DNA of 62,995 nucleotides, counting the filler, from Sanchytrium tribonematis (taxonomy: Eukaryota): the NCBI GenBank assembly GCA_018985235.1. It is 10 parts of 10 records of this genome, joined end to end, with 100 filler letters (N's around TTAATTAATTAA, not from the genome) between each part and the next. Parts side by side here need not be neighbours in the genome. Positions count along the whole stretch, not along the records: positions 1 to 24,438 come from JADGIG010000073.1; 9 more parts are not named here. One strand, 5' to 3'. A model generated the notes under the pieces. That model was not told the origin of the DNA and did not search any database. It saw only the letters and a list, made by a program, of their open reading frames with translations. This document shows positions 12,001 through 18,880 of the stretch, piece by piece. The position numbers and the translations under genes are program-made. Position 1 is the stretch's first letter; each line of letters begins with the position of its first letter.

Positions 12001-12223
12001 TAAATGTGGATGAAGTATTAGTAATTATGTTAATTTTGCTGCAGGGTAAGTGAAGCTCCTCACTTACAAGATATTGATTATCTTGTTCGTGGATGTATAA
12101 AACTGAAATGGAACAATTTAGAAATTTGTCTATAGTTTCTTTGTAAGAATTTGTTACTACTTCGGTTTTGTCCGGTGGTATTCGCAATATAGCGCTTAAG
12201 TAGTTTGTAAAGGATGTTGTCAT
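1..12223 (-). CDS. DYNC1H1: Cytoplasmic dynein 1 heavy chain; 3' end runs off the window start; at least 4,074 codons with no intron seen
   Basis: ATG at 12223 (MTTSFTNYLS...). Tail motifs KKLAEIELALVQLQNNVEIP and SGTAAQEIAFWLDLE; P-loops AAA1 GPAGTGKTESVK with CFDEFNRL, AAA2 GAEGTGKS, AAA3 GPAGSGKTM, AAA4 GVPGSGRKT. Same frame verified at both ends. Absent from the ORF track, consistent with no in-window stop. Confidence 0.96.
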   Translation of the reverse strand, partial: MTTSFTNYLSAILRIPPDKTEVVTNSYKETIDKFLNCSISVLYIHEQDNQYLVSEELHLPCSKINIITNTSSTFNFDKLSFMQLPGDDVVSSLYQNVHFAINPLFAKTTNNIQSKAVPTTKKKLAEIELALVQLQNNVEIPTVNLQIHPKVIEFLSSANIQGQQISVDIIPPTFIQDGHFLNELQSLVNEWLKNIKILMSLQRDPRSGTAAQEIAFWLDLEKTLEHVETQLRSQGVTATLLILQQARRFHGSASFIQDTGLKETLRQAKSYNFLFQEFPISELLSAESVSQMSNGIKMIFEHMSKKAKIAPYPVSKLLHFLEALSRDVGEQALKLTNSKKLMTTPKDKFEVICSDFESMFNCWEDNFKEFGTICRELLRKRAEAFVPYKITNGHEKLRERFNFLRQLRLSHETLRASLDEIIKQQQNEEEHNEIAEIDSAYELFTSLDVLDTSVEGSEQLINAEGAYNARISRIETQLIDMLRSLLKNADTPVQMLSIFEKYSQLLSRNTIRGSLLEFQSVSLEYLKSQIKALQDQYLNGYESSRLCIFHRAKGIPPVSGRVMWIKNVEKTMENQIAKLKLLLGNYQSHYEGQKLLEENRVFMKKIDIDTYLNSWVQELQNFGLSKCFSKSIFILDPKIKVNFSKKILNVYRECRNLQFMNVQVPISIQQFSKEVKKLYPFVISLFDVFQRATALLYEIPKSSLQLIDRYVHTFYYLIKQSCHLSWNHLLNCFDLSTSVSAISDNGEINKNIDYIKRTGQFYQDMIKSCNLIIQKGTKVMEIEKNLNHLVNEMNFNGMSAMSEKAQVIFDQMHLDGLNFVTDFYEAWLLQKVFPKLNNITKEIFSNFEVKIKEVDSKAQTLNSRMSKARLSSLSLKDQAINVVQQELEGLAFQCEMRIENSTLITEPVLQESKEWLLEQINRILNFNADIIPSRYEQGSRSYIKVSDFPKYLDTAIISDFYGLILHYYELSNNFMKSMSKYQGLITINADKIVQQLGEDLGVWLKIMSEIKKDRSQLESSNGIAVFGPIVIDYQLAKDFLAQKYNVLLQDLLDVFSSKLKFKTLEFQNTIKLYKDGMEEPEKLKSVKIPGMFTSKDDSVTLLIFIQFLSKKLGNMQKLLNDIGNAHVFVGRCHLKYPDDWIYFEHLESLFISLKEFHKRKLESMRTLNDNLKLSIEKQSEQLSSSIDAAISKWDQSKPVGGDFSTSSSINSIRKFSDTFRQYTDELDALNKAREIMDLPNLKNDELMLVITELTDLKSVWEKVETFYSELSKLGGTSWNEIDPKWVRSELEKLLSNVDNLPPFFKQYSPVDYFKNQVELLVANNSVLFDLISPAIKERHFKTLAKKYGDSEQIPKTLSEIWNLKINKADKFYKDLITTANGEFGLEQYLGECKEVFKNAKMDSFNYKKKCYLLRNVSELFESCEEYSSSLNSMKSSPFFKGFEEEALYWVDKVNLVYKIFNAMLEVQRLWMHLEGVFSTVEIRNTLPQESALFESNNSEFVSVMKKAYSKEYILDIINIPSIFSTLDRTQKGLSKLQKSLTEFLEKERAKFPRFYFIGDEDLLQLVGNAKDLKTIELHISKLFPGVERLSFDDEVIYGIYSRETEYLKFIKPVPVTTLISTLSLFENAIKESLYGSFLSLVQVVDAIWDKPEALVQLLQQPYQILELAIRKSWTSHSENYINSRDSSFIEKITHLVEFILKLLINETDHLTVKKLKNLIKELLPLRKAVGEVLNQNGTVESFQWKQYMRTYISNEKPIVSIGNSSFQYQFEYYGVSEKLVRTDLTNEANLTFGFSLDTKLGSSPAGPAGTGKTESVKSMANALGIICLVFCCDEAFSFAVMKRILFGLCSIGAFGCFDEFNRLEPNDMSSISQIIQDIQGSLSECNGVPIEKIIGNQPLKIQPSVGIFITMNPTYKGRNDLPQNLKKLFRPVKMQAPDQIDIAQALLYCDGFRSSDALAPKLVALFKLCDLELQNLPHYDFGLRALKSVLTNAGVYLKQTGNETESVMQSLNATVAPKLTIEDSLKFKQLMQRVFDSKIETSHQNTKLIDILQKESLTSDINFVEKVRQFINIESIYQGFMVVGAEGTGKSTCIEISKQIIEAEKKLKIHRLNAKVLSKDQLYGSLNPVSKEWTDGLFTNILRNCATEKEVHHWIIFDCDIDPVWCENLNSVLDDNKTLTLPTGERIFMSPNIKIIFEVPHLIHATPATVSRNGIIYFDPELIPKFDFVKHYIYKLYLRIFEINDVFAKRISEQLIASIPVILQLYDVCCSLEHIMEFHFHHYLHRLFSLFFGKSISILNSMQEDLDAANICSSVLSYSCFYACCADLDDENRSRFIPVFNQTCNISLNIYENSLSENGMEWVNIFDTLPDIQLDFNNENKFNMIIPTVDTTRNENLVSVLLNAETGLLLVGPAGSGKTMSLTGALKKQLQFSMVCLNFSSDTTVNQILNSLKQSCDVVNSPNGQVLVPKDNKKLIIFCDEMNLVKEDNYGTQCALSIILQIMTQNGFWDPLQLKFVNVKNCIFVGAANPPSYAGRVKLSSRLMRLLTVIYVGYPSPESLVRIYSTFNRCILRKTPELIQFSDTLTNFMVSCYSQCKMSFPSSRQTHYIYSPRELTRWVKGINNYFKQDLYPNLQDLIELSYFEGMRLFHDRLIMPEEKSLCVKILADNLLEFFQFEAKATDLTFSNWMSRHYIKSDVVELKSFLMQRIKTFNEEETQSKIFLTPDFINHLLRIDRVLKQPNGHVLLFGVPGSGRKTLSQFASWMNGISTVVLSVHHGYTALDFDDLLKNLLRRCTIQREKISLIIDDALITDTAFIERMNTLLANSEIPGLFDDEEWSQLVSQSKELMVKDGLDTEASDIDKWFVQQISDHLHVIFTMSFTEETAKAKSTQSPALFNRCVVNYIGDWSDSSYLEVGHQMLDMDLSFFKLDEAHALITSCIFQIQKLQNCSPMHFLHSVKLFKTITNETVNKFEQDQQHLNTGLEKLNSSVEYVANLKQDLSVKNENLQSKQILANNKLKEMVQKQQEAELKKSESLAISEDLREKQEQIQSRKVIVEAELSQAEPAVELAKQSVSEIKKQHLTEIRSMQNPPQAIKLTMECICYMLGTKPDQWKVVQQIIRRDDFISSVVNYNTDTLSVTTRQKIIEDYLNDPNFNFDVVNRASKACGPLFTWLSAQISYSSILDKVGPLRNELKQLETQFNRSNEKFQELQSLIVELNAKIEEFQRDYTLMVEEVEQIKAELNSVKNKVDRAEELILGLEAERQRWSATVNGFLEKLQCVVGDAILQSCFISYLGPLLQQERTKQISVMRSILDQYNIAYSKISIEDLLISAEDKLFIDTQDKTFYQNYGILKHALHPPFILDSNDVALVGLKKKYPKAHVTSFGDANYVKVLENSIRFGNTCIVKNAESLDPILMPYLNMEYQRAGGRLMIKLGKNQIDVSPSFSLLLLSNENLNLNEAFSCRLSVLNYSSSKESLKSLSLEKVLIKKSPQLNTQRKEILQAQLKYEQQLQLLEQDLLKALNESQGNILQDEALLKKLHLLKSESNNIIEKMQQSEKVFQTIQQAYNDFDIFSDYVSKLYIISKEFAQFNANYHTYDNLFLESLDFAVSANIDDLHLSIRFTNHYFKSFGSRLLKNDIILYMLYTLITFSDYYSKDGIIMDVLNGVSNDKSNPLLQIKINQPELFESALIDFAQRLGLDLSVNKNEILRGHIESSSQSLIVISERDVSMQIQQKVSIKSVCFGTKQSEQDAVSSLQQNQPILFKNCELAPQFIHNLANKFAVNKKQVIFTSKPINFPINLLESCKVIQIEEESKLSSQISNVLNFVPNIQLPVEYYRLLFHFLWLHCILMQRLNFYPIGMHYKYDLNESDIEAVFKFLNQLSLKSTNVNLNQIDYQMFIEYITKIIYGPKILHKFDVDVLHIFAKKLFSSTIFQKDFNLCFQENIKTVEVRNLQDIFTHLKSFKNDNPIVVELDPSVASSISNMQLQNIYIKLKQLLNSEKSSDAKQINFDWIKNLSILAVNSMNLESVVENFKKIEQCVVEMKADVEALAKFVETGYTGRNIEALFEVHL

Positions 12224-12369
12224 TTTAAACAAACTGTTTCAAAAAATGTGTTGAAATCTTAACTTAATTTATTGTACCAAACTTAGCGAGTTACTTTACT
12301 TTATCCAATAGTTAATTTTATGATAATCGAAAAGATATTTCTAATTCAGTTGAAAATTTTTCAAAACAA
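12224..12369. promoter_or_regulatory. Putative bidirectional promoter between dynein heavy chain and light intermediate chain
   Basis: 146-bp AT-rich gap between two divergent ATGs; contains CCAAT near 12305. Function inferred from geometry only. Confidence 0.55.
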
Positions 12370-13619
12370 ATGAGTCATTGGGAAAAAGTTTTAACGGACA
12401 ATATAATTTCATCGGACATCAATCATTCAAAATTGTTGCTTTTAGGAGATAGAAAATCTGGAAAATCTACATTTATACAATCCACGTTCAACACAAATCC
12501 AACCACTGACATTTTATTATCCTACAACTATTTTCCATTTAGGGATATAGAAACAAACGATCATTTGCTCGACTTAGATATATACTCGGTCTCAGAGGCT
12601 TTGGATATAACTTCACATATATTTAGCAAAGAATACTCATTAGATACCTTGTGTTGTATATTTCTAAGTTGGGAAGAACCTCAACTTTTCATCGAAAATA
12701 TTGAAAAATGGCTTAAATTTCTACTGGACGTTGTAGATTTAAGCTTGAAGCGTAAATACACAATTGTTGATAAGGAAAATACCATTTTCATAGATAACGA
12801 AGATCCGAATTTTAAAAAGGTTCAGTTCGAACTAAACGAAGCGCGAACTAAATTAAAACGAGCTCTACAGCTTTTGAGGGAATCTCAAGAGAAATCCGAC
12901 ACATTTGGAAAGGACTTATCGAGACTGGACCTTGTTCCATTAAATGAAGGCTCATTAGAAGTAAATTTAGGGATCCCTATTGTATTTATTACATCTAAAG
13001 TTGATGTATGTCTTAATGTTGGAGACGAATTGGAAATAACAAGTGCCAAGTATGGTTTTATAATGCAAGCTATACGGAAAGTGTCGTTAACAATGGGAGC
13101 GGCACTAATAGCCTTGAACAACAAACTCGAACAAAGTAGAAATGAGTTGTACAGTTACTTGCTATACAGGCTAAATCCAGCCTCATTTAAATTTAATTCC
13201 AAAATAGATGGAATAAACCTTGAATCGCTAGTAATTCCTGCAGGTTGGGATTCTTTACCCAAAATCAAGACCATATCCAATACGTCCAACTTAGAAGAGT
13301 CGTTTTTACTGCAAATGACTTTTGAAAATTGTCATCATGATGTTAAAATATCAGGAAGGTCATATTTTAGAAAGCAATTTCCAAGTGACACGCATGATAT
13401 GGAGACGGTTTTTTCTATTAATTGTAGGATGATATCGGAAAAGCACAAAGTTTGCCAAGTTATGTAGACGGATTGTCTGTACAATTTCCTACTTTAAAGG
13501 AGGGCAACATGGCAGTTGCGAGCAATTTAGAAGCGGCAATTGAAACTCCAGTGGCAGCAACCCCAAAGTCTGATGAATTGAATGACTTTTTCCAAAGTTT
13601 GATAAATAAAAAGAAATAA
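12370..13619 (+). CDS. DYNC1LI: Cytoplasmic dynein light intermediate chain; exons 12370-13407 and 13428-13619
   Basis: P-loop-like GDRKSGKS, NLGIPIVFITSKVD and VIPAGWDS. Removing a 20-nt intron restores the C-terminal effector-binding helix ELNDFFQSLINKKK. Confidence 0.92.
13408..13427 (+). other. 20-nt GT-AG spliceosomal intron
   Basis: gttttttctattaattgtag, phase 0; removal restores the DLIC C-terminal FFxSL motif. Confidence 0.85.
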
Positions 13620-13663
13620 TTGGTTCCATGCTTGCACTTGGCAATTAGAAGGGGATCAGAAAC

Positions 13664-15001
13664 ATGAAATTGGAATTTGCTTTTGTAGGACGAGACTTGG
13701 AAAACAAATTATTTTTATATGGGGATCCCGTTGAGCTTAAAATTGGTGGTAGCATTGCATCCCATCAATTTTTCCACAAACTCGACGGATCTAAGTATAT
13801 TCATATTTATAATGAAACTTCTCATATTTGTGTAACTGAATACCAAGGTTATTATTATATTATCAGTATGCTTTTCGAAAAAATTGAACCACAGACAGGT
13901 TTATTAGATTTTTTGTACAAAAAAAGTGAAACAATTGAATACTTCGATGATATGCTGTTAGAATCAGATATAGAATCTTCGTTAGCTGCATTCATACAAA
14001 TATATAGCCAAACCAAAATAGCTAATTTATTTTTGTTAAACGACAGCATTTGTGAGTTATTTACTGATTCAGATTTAAAATTAAATTCGATTGTTCACTC
14101 GAGGCTAGAAAAATTAAGATGCGACATATACTGGACACCGAGATTTAAAAAAAATAAAGGCAAAAACATACCCTTGATGTTTTTGGACCAAGGAGTCACA
14201 CACAATTGTAATATATCACGTTATTTAGCAAAATATTTAATTTTAAATATGAAATTTTGCAATATCGACCAGCTGCCGAAGGGTCTATCTGCATTCCCCC
14301 GACCAGCTCAATGTCGAAGTAATTTCTTGTCGAAAGCAGATATTGACAATCACTATTACGTATTTAAAAGTGATTGCGAACCTGACAAAATGACCTGCAT
14401 ATGGGTTCCGATACCATTTATTGTTATAGTTTTTGCAATAGCAACAAGGGAAAATTTGAGCGAAATTATGCAAGAAATAGAGTCCGATATAAATCTGACG
14501 CAACGACTTTGTAATACCCATAATTCAATTTTAAAATCGCTTATGCCGAAGAAAAATACTGAGAAGAAGAAGGTTCAATACTCTTTCTATCCGAACACTT
14601 CTTCTTTTCTTCAAGGCAAATTTTATCCCTATTTTATTGACCCTGACAGTTTTGGATTGTCGGCTTGCAAAATTAATCTAAATATTGCGCACATTGTTTC
14701 TTCACTAGTAAGGCGCTATTTATTGGAATTTCAATTGTCCTCTCATGCTGTGGTTATAGCAAAACCGTTTTCGGATAGACTAAAATTAAATTCCAAAGTT
14801 GGTTCATCAGCGATCAATTTAATGAACTTTTGGATACTAAGTAGCGATAAAAAAGTGTCTATTACATATGGAACGCCAGCAAGTGTCATTAGAAGCTGTC
14901 CCGTAGGTGTTAACCTTGACCAATTACCTTGTTCTCAAGCAGATATTTCTCTCTCGGATGCAAACACATTTCTTTCGGCCTTCGAGAAGTCTTTCTTGTA
15001 G
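13664..15001 (+). CDS. Hypothetical protein, 445 aa; N-terminus weakly resembles a longin domain (CCZ1/HPS4/INTU type)
   Basis: Long ORF filling the gap between neighbours; the family resemblance is a by-eye impression only. Confidence 0.7.
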   Translation: MKLEFAFVGRDLENKLFLYGDPVELKIGGSIASHQFFHKLDGSKYIHIYNETSHICVTEYQGYYYIISMLFEKIEPQTGLLDFLYKKSETIEYFDDMLLESDIESSLAAFIQIYSQTKIANLFLLNDSICELFTDSDLKLNSIVHSRLEKLRCDIYWTPRFKKNKGKNIPLMFLDQGVTHNCNISRYLAKYLILNMKFCNIDQLPKGLSAFPRPAQCRSNFLSKADIDNHYYVFKSDCEPDKMTCIWVPIPFIVIVFAIATRENLSEIMQEIESDINLTQRLCNTHNSILKSLMPKKNTEKKKVQYSFYPNTSSFLQGKFYPYFIDPDSFGLSACKINLNIAHIVSSLVRRYLLEFQLSSHAVVIAKPFSDRLKLNSKVGSSAINLMNFWILSSDKKVSITYGTPASVIRSCPVGVNLDQLPCSQADISLSDANTFLSAFEKSFL

Positions 15002-15088
15002 TGAGAGTTTATCGTAGTTTAAAATTGTAAATTTGGTTTATTAATAAATTAAAAAACCAATCAAAAAATTAAGATTCACAAGGAGTTT

Positions 15089-15613
15089 ATGGCCAAACAC
15101 AAGCTCTTGAGATTAATTCTCAGTAGTGATTTTGCCGAATCCTTCTTTGAAATAATAAATGAATCACCTGTCAATAAGAGAAGCAAAATTGAGGGCTGCA
15201 ATTCTATAATTTACTCTTCGTCTGTAAGAATAATAAGAAAATGTGTTCCACTTGACTTCAAAGTGCAATCAATTAAAAAATCCAAATTATGTTTAGAAAA
15301 AAAGAATTGGATCGTTATGGTGGACTCATGTACATATAAGATGTTTGAGAGATTTAATAGATACTCAAAAAGATACAATATAGTTGTAATTACTAGCTCA
15401 GTGAGCGTTGATCCCGATGTTCATGAATATATTTTGGAGGATCGCAGTAATATGCCGAGTAACAAATATATAAAGAAAGTATACGATAAAATTGCTGAAA
15501 ATGAATATGGTGGTGACTCTGATCCGTTTTCGTACATGGCGAAACAAAAATCAAAAAAACCTTCACCGCTAAGGAAAGAAATTATACCCAGAAATATGAA
15601 CGGGAGCCCGTGA
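15089..15613 (+). CDS. Hypothetical basic protein, 174 aa
   Basis: ORF fills the intergenic space and converges on TFIIB with a 23-nt gap; no motif recognised. Confidence 0.6.
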   Translation: MAKHKLLRLILSSDFAESFFEIINESPVNKRSKIEGCNSIIYSSSVRIIRKCVPLDFKVQSIKKSKLCLEKKNWIVMVDSCTYKMFERFNRYSKRYNIVVITSSVSVDPDVHEYILEDRSNMPSNKYIKKVYDKIAENEYGGDSDPFSYMAKQKSKKPSPLRKEIIPRNMNGSP

Positions 15614-15636
15614 AATTTTGTTGAATAAAGATTTAT

Positions 15637-16767
15637 TCAAGTTTTGAGAAGCATAGATGAGTTTATAAGTTTTCTTTTCTTCTTTTTTGCTTCCATTAGT
15701 GAGTTGGAACTCAAGAGCAATCGCTTTCTAGAAATTGTCTGAGATAATGCCGGCCCAGTATAGGTATTTTTACCGGAACCTGATATTGAATTAGAAGGCG
15801 ATGATTGAATGGATTCTGGAGTCAAATCAGTTACTACTTCAATGTCAGAAGGAACGACCACTTTCCATTCTGCCTTAGTAACTTGGTCGCTGTTAGCGTA
15901 TAAAATCTTAAGAACACTTTTTGTGGTAGAATCAGATACACCAGTTGCCTCAGCAACATCTTTTGAGCTGACATTTTCGTTGCTTATTTGGCAAGCCATT
16001 AGTATGGCTCCTGATGCAACTGAAAGTGGAGATCTAGATGAGATGCTAGTGATTTGTCTCGCTCTTGTTGCAATGTGAAAAGCAATATTTTCAATTTTTT
16101 GAGATAAGCCTAACATAGAGCAAAATCGAGAAAGAAGATTTTCGGCAGCTACACCTTGAATATTTGGTTGGGCATTAGGTGTAGATTCAGTCAAAGGCTT
16201 GTTCACCAATTTGAAAACTCTTCCAAGTTCCTTTTTAGAAACCCTACAAATACCAGAAATTTCCTTGAAAGATCGATTTACGCCCGCTTGGCGAGATGCA
16301 ATTAAAATGCAAATGGCTTTAACTGCAGTTGGGTCCTTACCTTTAGCCCATGCGCCTTCAAGAACTTTTCGAAAATTTTCTTTACTTTGATCAAGAATTG
16401 ATTTTGTCAGAGACATTTGGTTTCCAAGGATTTCTAGTTCTTGGATACCGCTTATGAGTTGCTTATCAAGAGAGTTTGCGGCCGTTCTTATATGAATTCT
16501 TTGTAAATTTACTCCTCGTCCATTATCAGCGATAACAGTGTCAAGCTGTCGATTTTGGCCGAGAATTGGGTCTGCTGCGTGTCCAGCTCTTGATGGATTA
16601 CTGCTCTCATCGCTGAAATTACGCCATTCAGAGCGAGTGTCAATTAACTTTTCGCTCAAGACCAGACCACAGATACCACATATGAGATCTCCTTGCTTAA
16701 AATCTTCTATTACTTCAACAGGGGGTTGATTACATGTTGAGCAGAAGAGTTTAACATTGAGTCTCAT
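15637..16767 (-). CDS. SUA7: Transcription initiation factor TFIIB
   Basis: Zn ribbon CSTC...GDLICGICGLVL, B-reader IDTRSEWRNF, two cyclin folds (RSFKEI; SRSPLSVASGAI). Confidence 0.96.
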   Translation of the reverse strand: MRLNVKLFCSTCNQPPVEVIEDFKQGDLICGICGLVLSEKLIDTRSEWRNFSDESSNPSRAGHAADPILGQNRQLDTVIADNGRGVNLQRIHIRTAANSLDKQLISGIQELEILGNQMSLTKSILDQSKENFRKVLEGAWAKGKDPTAVKAICILIASRQAGVNRSFKEISGICRVSKKELGRVFKLVNKPLTESTPNAQPNIQGVAAENLLSRFCSMLGLSQKIENIAFHIATRARQITSISSRSPLSVASGAILMACQISNENVSSKDVAEATGVSDSTTKSVLKILYANSDQVTKAEWKVVVPSDIEVVTDLTPESIQSSPSNSISGSGKNTYTGPALSQTISRKRLLLSSNSLMEAKKKKRKLINSSMLLKT

Positions 16768-16947
16768 GGATTAGTGGCTAACCAAAACACGATTGGTTAT
16801 TTTATTGACAAAAAATTAAATTTTAACCAATAAAGGGCTATAATAGACTATTGTAATGGTCTAACATCCAATCAAGATTGATCGCGAATCCTGATATTGA
16901 TATATTTCAAGAAGAATCATACATGGTTTTGATATTAATGTCGAAAC

Positions 16948-17214
16948 ATGTTGGAAATGCCAGATTTACATTTTCCACAAGATTTGGGAAGCCAAAAGAA
17001 ACATAGTGATGTATTGCTTACACCAGAGCAAATGACAGATCACTTCCAAGAAATAAAAGATGGAATTGAACAATTGTTTAAAATGACACAAGAAGCTAAT
17101 GATTATGCCCTCCACCAATTTGGAGTTTACGAAACAAGAATTGAGGAAAATGAGGTAGGCATTACCACATTAAAACAAAAATTGAAAGCTCAGCGACATT
17201 TATTAAAGAAGTAA
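16948..17214 (+). CDS. Small hypothetical coiled-coil protein, 88 aa
   Basis: ORF divergent from TFIIB and ending 8 nt from the ZPR1 stop; helical, charged C-terminal half. Confidence 0.5.
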   Translation: MLEMPDLHFPQDLGSQKKHSDVLLTPEQMTDHFQEIKDGIEQLFKMTQEANDYALHQFGVYETRIEENEVGITTLKQKLKAQRHLLKK

Positions 17215-17222
17215 ATTAATGT

Positions 17223-18479
17223 TTATACAACCATATCGCTAATTCCAAAAAAATCATTCTGCTCTTGCGTTCTCTCGTATTCGATAATTTCAAGATTTGG
17301 GTCAGGATCCGGTGCATAGAGATTTTGAATATAAGAATTTCCCATGGGATCATCCAATTCAAGTGTCCATGATTGCTTCATCGCAATAAGATCATCAAGC
17401 TTTTGTAAAAATTTGCCAAACAATACCTTACGATCGTTTAAGGCTCCATCTCCCTGTGTAAATGGCGTTTTCCCAGAGAGTTCGGTTTTAATCTCATCTA
17501 AAAGACCCTCAATCGTCGTAAATTTGCCACCCAGAGTGCCAGAGCCAAGTTCCAAATCAATATCAGGAATGGAAATGCTACTTGTCTCACTTTTTAAAAT
17601 GTCGCGGCTCAAGTCATCCATATCAACTACTTTAAGTACAATTTTTCTCCCTTTTTCTGATATGGCACCTGCAGACTTAACTTCATTTGACTTATATCCG
17701 CAACTGTCACAAACTGTTGACATAATAACAACTTCCTTGAAATGAGGAATATTGATCAATTTCATTCTAGTGGGACAAGAACATTTGCAACTTGAACATA
17801 AATTGGGAAATTCGTGAACTTCGTCTTTAAGTTGATCAGTTATGTCTACATCAGCATTAGCTGCTAAACCTAGAAATTCAGTATCTTCAGCATTTCTCTT
17901 AAAATTGGAGCATTGTAATTTTGGATCAGCGTTAGGAGCAAATGGATTTTCAATAAAGCTATTTCCAGATATGTCTCTGATAGAGAATGTAAATGGGACA
18001 TTCTTTTCAATATATGACTTGAGAGTTAAAATTAAATTTTCTATTTGAATAAATAAATGATGATTCTCTTCCTTTCTTTGTTCTTGCTGCTGCTCCAGGT
18101 CTTCGATTATTCTATCAACTAGACCTTCTACAGTAGTCAAAACTGCATTTAATTGATTTTGACTAGGTGGAACTTCTAGATCAATTTCTTTAATGTATAG
18201 ACTGGCGCTTGCGGCTTTCACCACCTGTCGTCCAAGATCTTCTTTCCCATTTACTTTAAGAATCATCTCCACACCCTCTTTCTGAATTTCAGATGCAGTT
18301 TGAATTTCATTGTTACTAAAGTTACAATGTTCGCAAGAAAATGCCATTACTACTACTTCTTTAAAATACGGTATGCTGGTTAAAAACAGTCTAGTAATGC
18401 CATTTTCATGACAATTCATACAAAGCGATTCAATTTCGGTGACCTCGTTGTCGTTGTCAGCTTTTAATTGTGTAAACAT
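17223..18479 (-). CDS. ZPR1: Zinc finger chaperone ZPR1
   Basis: Two ZnF/A-B modules: IESLCMNC...IPYFKEVVVMAFSCEHC and CSSC...IPHFKEVVIMSTVCDSCGYKSNEVK; DDPMGNSYIQNLYAPDPDPNL. Confidence 0.97.
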   Translation of the reverse strand: MFTQLKADNDNEVTEIESLCMNCHENGITRLFLTSIPYFKEVVVMAFSCEHCNFSNNEIQTASEIQKEGVEMILKVNGKEDLGRQVVKAASASLYIKEIDLEVPPSQNQLNAVLTTVEGLVDRIIEDLEQQQEQRKEENHHLFIQIENLILTLKSYIEKNVPFTFSIRDISGNSFIENPFAPNADPKLQCSNFKRNAEDTEFLGLAANADVDITDQLKDEVHEFPNLCSSCKCSCPTRMKLINIPHFKEVVIMSTVCDSCGYKSNEVKSAGAISEKGRKIVLKVVDMDDLSRDILKSETSSISIPDIDLELGSGTLGGKFTTIEGLLDEIKTELSGKTPFTQGDGALNDRKVLFGKFLQKLDDLIAMKQSWTLELDDPMGNSYIQNLYAPDPDPNLEIIEYERTQEQNDFFGISDMVV

Positions 18480-18620
18480 TTTTCAAGGGGTATTAAATTT
18501 GAAAGAAATTTCTATAAAAGATCTCTATTAACTACTTAACAATAGAGCCTTGAGTTATCGTTACTTGATCGATACTTCAGGAAATCATCAACGTTTAAAA
18601 TCTCACTTTCTCCTTGTAAT

Positions 18621-18815
18621 ATGATTTTCGTTTCCACTCTGGTTTGTTTGATTTTGTGTGTGGCAGCTATCTTGATACCTCAAAAGTCTCAGAATGGGCT
18701 TATCATTAAAACGATGATAGTCATGACTATTGCAAGTTGTTGGCTTATGTGGTTGATTACATACATGGCTCAAATGAATCCGATCATAGTGCCACAAATA
18801 GAGTTTGAGCTGTAA
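18621..18815 (+). CDS. VMA9: V-type ATPase V0 subunit e
   Basis: Two TM segments and the signature CWLMWLITYMAQMNPIIVP. Confidence 0.9.
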   Translation: MIFVSTLVCLILCVAAILIPQKSQNGLIIKTMIVMTIASCWLMWLITYMAQMNPIIVPQIEFEL

Positions 18816-18880
18816 ACAATAAATAAAAATTAAGCCTGCCGCATTTGTACATCCGGATTAAAAATAACTTGTTCCCCTAA

